Shown piece by piece: positions 54,440-64,000 of a stretch of DNA of 64,000 nucleotides. The notes beneath the pieces are model-generated. The model did no database searches. It was not told the DNA's origin and saw only the letters and a program-made list of their open reading frames with translations. Location of the stretch: assembly GCF_009914755.1 (NCBI RefSeq), contig NC_060936.1; one strand, given 5' to 3'. This stretch comes from the human T2T-CHM13v2.0 reference genome, Homo sapiens. The translations under genes and the position numbers were made by a program. Every line of letters begins with the position of its first letter. Positions within the stretch are counted from its first letter, which is position 1.

Positions 54440-54931
54440 TGTGCAAAGGTCCCTACTACTCTCCTTCTGTTATGCAGAGAAAAGTCCCTCCAGTTCCATC
54501 CTTAAGCCTCAGGCAACAGACCTGGTCCCTGAAATTTAGGGGGCTCAGCTCTAGTCTCTCTGGCTACACCTCTTCTAAGATATCAAGGAATCAAGGAACC
54601 AAGGAGGTGGACTCACTTTGAGTCCAGGACTTTTCTTCTTCTGGACTATGTTCTGGGTACTTGAAATTCTAGAATTCTCTGTCTAAATTAACTTGAGCCA
54701 GGTTTAAGCACCTATGCCCCAGGGCTGACTGTGTTTATACCACTGTGGAAATCCAAATCCTCTGAAAATGAAGTTCAAGCTGGGTCTTCTAGGTTGTTAT
54801 AAAGATATTTATCAAGGTAGGAGAATAGGACATGTCTTGTGTAATGGTTTGTTAGCTTGATTTATAACTTTAAATGTATGATTCTCTATTTGTACTCTGG
54901 CTCTGGGCCCTGAAATCTTTTGTCAAGGGCT
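54440..54931. mobile_element. hAT-Tip100 (MER115-like) element
   Basis: ggtaggagaatagg...gtttgttagcttgatttataacttt...atttgtactctggctctgggccctg. Confidence 0.5.
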
Positions 54932-55058
54932 AGTCAAAAACCATCAAAATCTATGCTTAATTGGGCAAAGTGTGGGCTCCCCTTCTATATGGGAGGGCTG
55001 ATTACTTTTTTCCTGATGTCATATTTGAGAAGAATGATGCATTAAAATATTCCCTAAG

Positions 55059-55366
<308 letters not shown>

Positions 55367-56377
55367 AAACACTTTCTAAGAAGAGCCCTAGAGACCCATG
55401 TGGAGGTGGAAGGCCCGATGAATAGCTTGGAAAGAGAATGTGAATACATTTTCAAAGCCCTCACTCTCCAGCTCAAAGTACAATCCTCTTTTGATCACAA
55501 GTATAGTTAACACCATGTAGTTTTACCCAAGGGAGGTTTGGTTGATATACCAACAAGGTGTTAAACTTGTTTTCTTAAAACACTACTTATATCCCTGTGT
55601 TGCAGTGGAGAAAGGGGATAGTCTAACCAAAGTGGTTTATGAATTCTCATAGCCCTGCACCTCACTAGATAATATGATGCTCACTCTACGCTTCTTCCCC
55701 ACTTTGAAGATTCTGAAGGATTCTCAGGAATGAAAAACTTTTTAGTTATGGAATTCAATGGTAAGTAAGTAAAAGGTAAGTGAACATTAGCTCTAGGGAA
55801 GTAACTAATTCTCCCTCTCAGTTCCCATTGATATGCCAGGCTAACCACACGGGAGAAATTAACAATCAAACAGAAGAAAAATACCAAAGAAATATAAAAC
55901 AAGTATTTAGACCATTTGCCTTTGGGAGTCAAGGAATAAAGAACATATTCATTTGTTTTTTTGAGATTCAACTAAAGTTTCATAGCAAGAAAAGACAAGT
56001 GTCACCAAAAGTAAAACTGTGACTGAGATTACAGCCACCATAAAACTGACAAACCTGGAATAGTGGGTGTCTTTCAGGAATAAGGACTAAGACAGAATGC
56101 ATAATGCAATGAGCCTTAAACCAGAAAGGGAGGGATCATGTGCCTTCAAAGAACATCAATAGCTGGGAAATCGATCACTAAGCCACACGTACTTGCAAAA
56201 ACAGCAGAGACACAGACACAAACACTTATTGGGTGCAGAGCATGATGATGTATGAGCAACTGGCTTCTCATATATTAGAATGCACCTAGGTTTACTGAAG
56301 TGGGGAAATCCTCGAGAGGAATTTTGGACTTCATGCTCTCCTGAACATATGGTCATTCAAGCAATTAATTTGAATAT

Positions 56378-56733
56378 TGTCTTAGTACATTCAGGCAGCC
56401 ATAACAAAATACCATACACTGGGTGGCTTATAAACAACAGAATTTTGTTCCTCATAGTTATGGAGTCTGAAGTCTAAGAGCAAGGCACCAGCAGATTTGG
56501 TGTCTGGTGGGGGGACTCTTTCTGGTTCACAGATGGCACCTTATCGTTTTTGTCTTCACATGCTAGAAAGGACCAGCTCTGCGGTCTCTTGTACAAGGGC
56601 GTGAAAGCCCATTCATGGGGGCTCCATCATCATGACCTAATCACCTCCCAAAGATGCTGCCTTCTAATATCACTGTGAGGATTATAATTTTAAGAGATGC
56701 ATTTTGGAAATCACAAACATTCAAACCACAGCA
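56378..56733 (-). mobile_element. MLT1A-type MaLR LTR
   Basis: tgtcttagtacattcaggcagccataacaaaatacc...tcatgacctaatcacctcccaaag...caaaccacagca; TSD aatat/aatag. Confidence 0.88.
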
Positions 56734-56880
56734 AATAGATAGATTCTCATATATGTCATAAGCTTATAAAGTGAATATAGAATGCAATCTGTTATTTCTC
56801 AAATTTTTTCCCTTGCAAGAAATATTTCAGACTTCATGTTACAACATCTGTAACACTCATGTTACAATATCTATAATTTC

Positions 56881-57000
56881 TTTTTAAGATGGGATCATGG
56901 TATGTTGCCCAGGCAGGTCCTGAACTCATGAGCTTAAATAGTCCTCCCATTTTAACCTCCCAAATAGCTGGGATTATAGGCATGCACCACTATACCTGGC
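56881..57000 (-). mobile_element. FLAM/FAM Alu monomer
   Basis: Single monomer; TSD aatatctataatttc (56866-56880) / aatatcagtaatttc (57001-57015). Confidence 0.8.
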
Positions 57001-57449
57001 AATATCAGTAATTTCTATAGTTTTTAATTCATTTTTGTTAAACCATTGAAGCCTTTTGTTAAAGTGCAAATGTTATCTAAGTTAGTGGTTGAAACTAAGA
57101 TGGTTAAATGAATAATACAGACAGAAAGAGATAGCAAATTCTAATATAGTCAATTCGTTGCAAAACGAAGCTATAGTTATCTTAAGTAGGAAGTAGAAAC
57201 AAGTTTTTAAAATCCATTATTGAACTGATAAACTGAAGGTAGAGTAATCAAATCTGAGAAATTCAGAGAAAGGATTTTGTCTTCTAGCCTAGTCTGTATC
57301 TTTTGTAGTAATACACTTGTCCGCAGAAGGATTTCTGCAATTGTATTATGGAGCAAATATACTGAGAGTAAAAACCAAAAAAGAAAGCCTCAGTTCATAA
57401 ATGGGGTCATGGTGTGAGTTCCTAGATTCTGTGGAAAATGATTGGGAAT

Positions 57450-57608
57450 GTCAGCTATTTAGGAGATTGAGGCACAAGAATCACTTGAACTCGGGAAGCG
57501 AAGATTGCAAGGAGCCGAGATCCTGCCACTGCACTCTAGCCATGGCAAGAAAGTGAGACTCTGTCTTGAAAAACAAAACAAAACAAAAACAAAAAACAAA
57601 CAAAAAAA
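57450..57608 (+). mobile_element. 5'-truncated Alu right arm
   Basis: cagctatttaggagattgaggcacaagaatcacttgaac...; degenerate TSD tgattgggaatg / tgattaagaatg. Confidence 0.85.
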
Positions 57609-58004
57609 CTGATTAAGAATGCAGCCCAGTGGTGGAGTGAGTACGTTAGATGGACTGAAAGATTAAAAGGAGGAAAATGTACAGAAAATCAATGGATAAT
57701 ACAATCTTTTCTTTTTGGCATCTTTGCCCAATCAGTGACCACAAAACAACTTTGTTTTCTCAGATAGCATGGAGGAAGAATATCTGCACATTTTGTGCCT
57801 ACTTAATCACCAGAAAATACTGTTCATCCAAACAGTTCAGATTCTAGTCAAACTGGTAGCAACACTTTAAAAATATTGGCTGTAAGGGAAATAACAACTT
57901 ATTTCACCAAAACCATCTTTATTTGATTAAATTGACTTTCTAAACAACTTCTGAGGTTTCAAACCTCTGAGACAGAAAAATATTAATGGGATCTTGGTCA
58001 CTTT

Positions 58005-58175
58005 CACAACCTAGCTACACTTTGAAAAAGTAGAGCTTTTAAAAAATACTGGTGCCTGAGCTCCATTCTAGATCAAGTAAATGCAAATATTCAGGAAAAA
58101 TTCTGAGCCTCGGTGTTAAAACAAGTCTCCCCAGGTGATTTGTAATGAGAAGCACTGACTTGAAGAGCGTTGTTG
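58005..58175. mobile_element. MER5-type MITE
   Basis: gagcttttaaaaaatactggtgcctgagctcca...ctccccaggtgatttgtaatg. Confidence 0.6.
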
Positions 58176-58277
58176 CCTGCATCCATTTTAACCTTAACAT
58201 ATCTGTATTTTCACGGGGATATATAGCTGATTTTTCAAGTTTCTGTTTCCCTGAGATCTGATGGGATTGTTTCAAGG

Positions 58278-58760
58278 TGTGATAGGTCATATTATTTTAC
58301 CACAATTCTACCTTTACCATTGCTACATTCCCTTGCTATAGCTTCCCTGTTGGCACAGTATACTTTTCCACACTATTGATTTCAGATATGGCCATATGAC
58401 TTAGTTTGATGGAATGCGGAAGTGATAAATTGTGCCAGTTTTGATCTAAGGCCTTAAGAGGCACGGCAGTGTCCACCAATACTCAGGGAGCTTACTCTCT
58501 CCATGCAAAGAGCAGCCCCAGGTAGGCATTGATCTTTCAGCCTGAATACAGGAATGAAGCTATATGGAGGAAAAATATAACCCCAAATCAGTAGTCCAGC
58601 CTGGTCCAGCTAAGTCAATCTGAGTCTGACTGATAGCTGCAAAACTGTAGCTCACCTACAATTCTATGAATCTGAAATAAGCTTAATTTCTTAAATTCTT
58701 TGAAATTTTGGAGTTTTATTTTTAATTCAGCATTATTACAGGGGAAAAATAACCAACACA
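58278..58760 (+). mobile_element. MLT1H/I-like MaLR LTR
   Basis: tggccatatgactt...gtgccagttttgatctaaggccttaagaggca...cagcattattacagg. Confidence 0.7.
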
Positions 58761-61381
58761 CAAGTATTTGTAAGTAATCTGCATCAAGCAATGTCTAATA
58801 ATAGGTATTAAATAAGTATTTAAGTTAATTTGCTTTTATGGAAGGTTGCTTTACATTTACTAACAATAAAAAAAATGGAATCACCAGATTTCAAAGTGTT
58901 TAAATTTAGGTTCAATGATATTAAAAATAACTCAGTGACCATTAGAATTTAAGTGGATTAAACAGATTGTATCTCTATGGAATGTTAGTTATTCTGTTCA
59001 TTTTTGAAAAGGATATTAGTGAATATGCTTAAAATTGCTTTTTCCAGTAGCCAAATGGATCAGGTTTTCATCCAGATGGTTTTATGGGAAGCATGTGTCT
59101 GCTCAGCTAATGCATGTTTATGAGGATCAAACTTTTGTACTGATTTGGAAATATTACTTGTACTACTGGGATATTGTTAAAATTTTTGGCTAAGATTAAG
59201 ATAATTGATTTTATTATATAGAAATCTGTGTATTACATCACTGAGATATATTTTATCATAAATGCTTAAAATTATTCATAGCAATAAACAACACTTCCTG
59301 AGCAATAACTGAGTCAAGATGAAGAATTATGAGCAGAAATCTTTGAAAACTCATTTGAAATGCTAACCCTTTGTGATGCATAAGGAAGTTACAGAGAATT
59401 AAACAAGCAATCACAGAAACCTCTGAAAGAAAGAAAATCCTAGTTAGAAAGCAAGATGTCTTAATCCCAATTAAACTGTCTTTTTGAAGTTCTCCTTGCC
59501 TTGATAAAACATTGTTATTCACTTTATAAAGTGTTTTAGTTATATTTAATGTAACCCCTTTGTTTTCAAAGCTGTTTTCTTAACTTCTTCCTTACAATAA
59601 AGATAAATTATTTTTATACTGCTCTTTGATGATCCATCAGTGATTGCTGAGGGATTTATATATATAAAGTAGAGGTACTGAAGAAATGATCTTTACATTA
59701 TGGGTAAAGCAAGATGTAATTATGTTGTCACTTATATTTTGAGACTTCTTATAAGAATGCATTAGATAAATGCAGAGAAAACCTGTTTTTAAACTCTGAG
59801 ACTGACATTCATTAGTGATGTTATTTACAGCAAAGGGAAAAATAACATTGCAGAATAATATATGAAATGCAATGCTCACACAAATTGCCCTCAGTGTCCA
59901 GTGTGAAAGTATTAATTTTACAGTATCTTGGGGACCAGGCTGATGCTCCACACATAATCCACAGTGTCACAAATGTCCTTAGTAAACCACACTCCCAGTT
60001 GAAAACCCATCACACCTAATATAGCAGAATGTCACTCAGTGCTCACTGGGTTGCCAAAAAGTGCTAGCAGGGTTACCACTATATCACCTACCTTCCCCTG
60101 AGATGGGAGAAAGTAGACAATTCAAATTAGGTGTAAAGGAAAGCAGGAAGTATATAGTACATTTTGATTCCAGTTATTTTGTTTGAATCTATGGGACATG
60201 TTGACTAAAATCTCATTCCATTCATTAATACGGTCCTGCTGTTGATAAATGTGAGACTTTTAAATCATATTAATTAGGATGCTAAGATTATCCTGCAGTC
60301 AATAAGTAGTGGTTTATGACTAAATGTTACATTGCAATCATTTACTCAAATTCCCATATTTTCTTTCACTTACATCCATGGATTGTATACAGATCTATGG
60401 CAAATATGTGCCCAGTTTAAATGCTCACAAATATTATAACACCAGGAAAAGAATCTGTCAGTAAGAAATATAGGTTTAATGAGAAAAAGTCCTAAGTCCA
60501 AAGGGGAAGGCAAAGTCTGTTCTGAACTTTAGGCAGCCCAGAGACAACAAGACACAAGGAAATACTACTGATAAGATGCACCTTCTTTTAAGAAAGTACA
60601 GCCAGACTTTTGTCCTTTTTGGGAGACGGAAACTCTTAAAACTTTTGAATCATGGGTTAGTTCAATGAAGAGACAATCTCAGAATTCCTGATGTAGTAAA
60701 GGTAAGATATGAGGCAAAAAAAAAAAAAAAAAAAAGTTGTAGCACCAAAGAAAGGTTTATGGAAACCAGTTGTGTTACTAAGAAATGAAAGAACCTCAGG
60801 CCGTAACTCACATCTAGTCAAAGACATTGCCAAAATTTAAAAGAAAAGTAGTAAGTAGAAGAAAGAGGTGCTTAAAGGAGAAAAGTGGACAAGTATAATA
60901 CTATTTATAGAACATACATTACTTGCAGGGCACTTATATGTATGTTGCAAGGTAACTTTTAAAGTTTGAATTTCCATTTTTCAATGATGTAGTGCTTCAT
61001 AGATATTGTTTCAAAAAGGGATATGGCAGCAGAAATGAGACAAAAAAAGCAGTTCACTTTTTTTTTTTTTTTTTTTTGCAGTGGAGAGGGCATGTTTAAA
61101 AGCCTAGACGCATAGGGTTACAGATATAATCTTGATATTGATAAAAGATATAGGATAAAATTGCTAAAGTGAGACAACTCTCCCTTCTACCTTCCTCCAT
61201 CACACTACATCCCATCTCTCTAATACTGTGTCTAGGATAGGAAATAAAGTACGTAGAGGGTAAAAGATGAGATAGTAGATACTTTTTACTTCTAGGTAAA
61301 TTGTTATACTCTCGGCACTATGGACTGTGCCTGGCAAGGCAGCAGCAATTCCATATAAATGTACGCAGATTAAGATGTGAA

Positions 61382-61705
61382 GAACTGGCATGGTGACTCG
61401 TGTCTGTAACCCCACCACTTCGGGAGGCCAAGGCAGGAGGATCACTTCAGCTCATGAGTTCAAGACCAGCCTGGGCAACAAAGTGAGACCCTGTCTCATA
61501 AAGAATATATTTAAAAAAGTTAGTCAGGCACAGTGGCACACACCTGTAGTACCAGCTACTTGGAAGCTGAGGTGAGAGGATCGTTTGAGCCCAGGAGTTC
61601 GAGGTTGCACTGAGCTATGTTGTATGAGTGAACCACTACACTCTAGCCTGAGTAACAGACTGATGTCCTGTTTTTTTTGTTTGTTTGTTTTATAAAAATA
61701 AAAAA
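61382..61705 (+). mobile_element. AluJ SINE with a T-rich tract before the A tail
   Basis: ggaggatcacttcagc, gggcaacaaagtgagaccc, gagcccaggagttcgagg. Confidence 0.88.
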
Positions 61706-61959
61706 GAGCAGAAGGAACTTGTACTTCCTTCTTTATAGAGTTTTGGGTAGACAATCTATCTAAATTTATGTCTATATACCTAGATGTAGATATAATACAA
61801 AATGAATGCATGATGAGGTGATGGCTCATAATGTGGCCTTAGATGGTCCTAATATACCAGGAGTATCATGATTTACATTAATAGAATAAGTAGAATTAAT
61901 AGTAAGAGCTACGCAATCTAAGAGTAGAAGAGACACCAAGGACAATTAAGGATCTGATG

Positions 61960-62039
61960 TTATGTTGGTGCAAAAGTAATTGTGGGGTTACTAATTACTA
62001 TTAATAGCAAAAACCACAATTACTTTTGCACCAACCTAA
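61960..62039. mobile_element. MADE1 MITE
   Basis: Terminal inverted repeats gttggtgcaaaagtaattgtgg / ccacaattacttttgcaccaac; 80 bp. Confidence 0.95.
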
Positions 62040-62497
62040 TAGAACTGTGGTCTATGAATTGATACAGTGTAAATCCCTGGAAAATTAAACAGGATCTTGG
62101 AAAAAGGCTAGATATAAACTAACTGAGATTATATACTATCATTTTAGTGGAATAAAGATGTTTGTATAAATTCACTTTTGTACACTGGAGTTTGTAACTG
62201 AAATTCATACTATGTATGTATCACCTGATTTAACTCTCTAATACAGCTACAAAGTGTCCATTTAACAGATGGAAAAAAATAGATTAGAAAGGAAGCTAAT
62301 CATTTGAATTCACATAGTTAAGATGTGACAGACCCAGGATACAGAAAGATTTATCTTACCTAAAGTTAGCAATATTTTCTGTTGTTTTGTTTCTGTCCAC
62401 TGTAAAATTATCTATATATCAAAAACGTACAAATGTAGGTTGATGTAATGCTTTCATTCTTCAAAGCACATGTTTTTATTCTTTGAAGAACCTGGGC

Positions 62498-62525
62498 ATA
62501 TATACACCATATCTATATACACATC

Positions 62526-62587
<62 letters not shown>

Positions 62588-62685
62588 CATATATATACTA
62601 TATATATATCATACACATATACACCATATATATGCCATATTTATAATATATACATCTATATACCATATATATGTATAAAAATATG
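62498..62685. repeat. (TA)n microsatellite and TA/CA low-complexity sequence
   Basis: About 22 uninterrupted TA units at 62533-62576. Confidence 0.95.
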
Positions 62686-62849
62686 GTAGATATTAAAAAT
62701 GAAATTCAATATATGATGTGAATTTAAGGAAGCCTAGCTTTCTAAACTGAAAATTTATGTAGTTTAATTTGGAGTATGAGTCTCATTTATAATATACATT
62801 TTATTAAAGCATGTTGATTCTTTCTAGACATAATTTTTAAATTAAAATG

Positions 62850-62960
62850 TTGTAGAAGAGTGAGTGGTTCAACTTTCAGTTCTCAGGTTGTTCATCCATA
62901 AAATAGAGATAGGGCTAGATAAATTCTAAGTTCTGTTTAGCACTACATTGTATGATTGTT
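62850..62960 (+). mobile_element. MIR3/MIR fragment
   Basis: tctcaggttgttcatccataaaatagagatagggctagat. Confidence 0.55.
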
Positions 62961-63219
62961 AAATGAATAATTAAGAAAATTAATTAATGGATAAAGTGTA
63001 GTAAGACCATGCCACACTATGGTCTTTTGCGCAGTAAAGGAATTAGCCTAACTTCACAGGGTCTCAAAATACTATCTAAATGATATTCCAATAGAAACTA
63101 ATATTTTGTGTGTTTTCGTTGGTTATATTACAAGTAGATGAACCAGACTCGTTTGGCAGAAAAAAACTGTGTGAAAGAAATATGCTACAGATTGCTCCAT
63201 TTAAGTATATGGAAATGTT

Positions 63220-63530
63220 TCTTATCCCTTTTAACCATAGCTGATATTCCCATATATTAATATATTATCATTCATTCAACGAGTCCTGACACATTGACCG
63301 ACTTTTAGGATGCATTCAGTCTTTTGCTATTACAAATAATGGCACAAAGATGAGCCTCACACAAATATCATTTTGTATTTTTGCCAATCATGTATTTTGA
63401 ATATATTTCTATTAGTTAAGATTACTGGACTAAAGGCTTAAAAACATACTCTTTATATGTTGGTGTTTAGAAAAATTTGTAGTTGTGTTGTAATTGGTTC
63501 ATTTACATCAATATGTTGTGAGTTGTATAT
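63220..63530 (-). mobile_element. L1ME 3' fragment
   Basis: gtcttttgctattacaaataatggcacaaagatgagc...attactggactaaagg. Confidence 0.6.
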
Positions 63531-64000
63531 CTGTTATTTTGTTACCTAATATGAAAAATAATAAAATAAGCCCTTTTTTATCCCTTTCCTCTCCCAAACT
63601 TCAAATTAAAAGTGATATAACTATACTCTCATTGAAAACCTACGTAGCTAGTCAGAAAACTTATTCCAGTTTCCAAATACTGTTCTCTGTCCACCCTCCC
63701 TCCCACCCCTCAAGGCTGTTATTTGTATAATACACAGTTAAAAAACAATAACAAACATTTCTATACCACTAAAGTGGAGTAATCTACAGCACATTTTATT
63801 AGGTAAAAATAGCAGGTGGTAAATATTGTTTCTAGTAGTCTACCTTCTGAGTAATGAAAGGGGATTTGAAATGCTTATCTGAAAAGAGATGGAATAGTAA
63901 ACAAAAAATCATTAATAATTGACCCTTCAGTGTGAAAGGTGCAGAGTAAAAACAATGCCTCTGTGAATGTAAATTGTTTCAGAGTTTTCATTTTCAGTTT

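Noticed and set aside
60716-61077. A20 and T20 runs as ends of a retrocopy or inverted element
   Set aside because: No TSD or recognisable transcript body. Most likely independent homopolymers.

Overview
Human genomic DNA (it carries a near-consensus AluYa5, a human-specific subfamily). The window is AT-rich, CpG-poor and gene-poor (intronic or intergenic). I find no supportable protein-coding gene, tRNA, rRNA or CRISPR array. The ORF-track hits are L1 ORF1/ORF2 debris, Alu/LTR read-through or low-complexity noise. Much of the window is transposon fossil: L1PA/PB/MA/ME, L2, MIR, Alu, MaLR and ERVL LTRs, a decayed ERVL provirus, and Tigger/MER/MADE1 DNA elements. I cannot support a new biological system. 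The points of interest are structural: two twin-primed 5'-inverted L1s with TSDs, a tail-less internal L1PA fragment, and an AluYa5 that may be polymorphic. There are also head-to-head Alus 20 bp apart, a perfect 44-bp inverted repeat inside an AT island, a 94-bp tandem duplication with reciprocal CpG decay, and a piece of an MLT1 LTR relocated inside the LTR that interrupts it. Subfamily names are from memory of consensus sequences and need RepeatMasker/Dfam confirmation. Boundaries of old elements are approximate.
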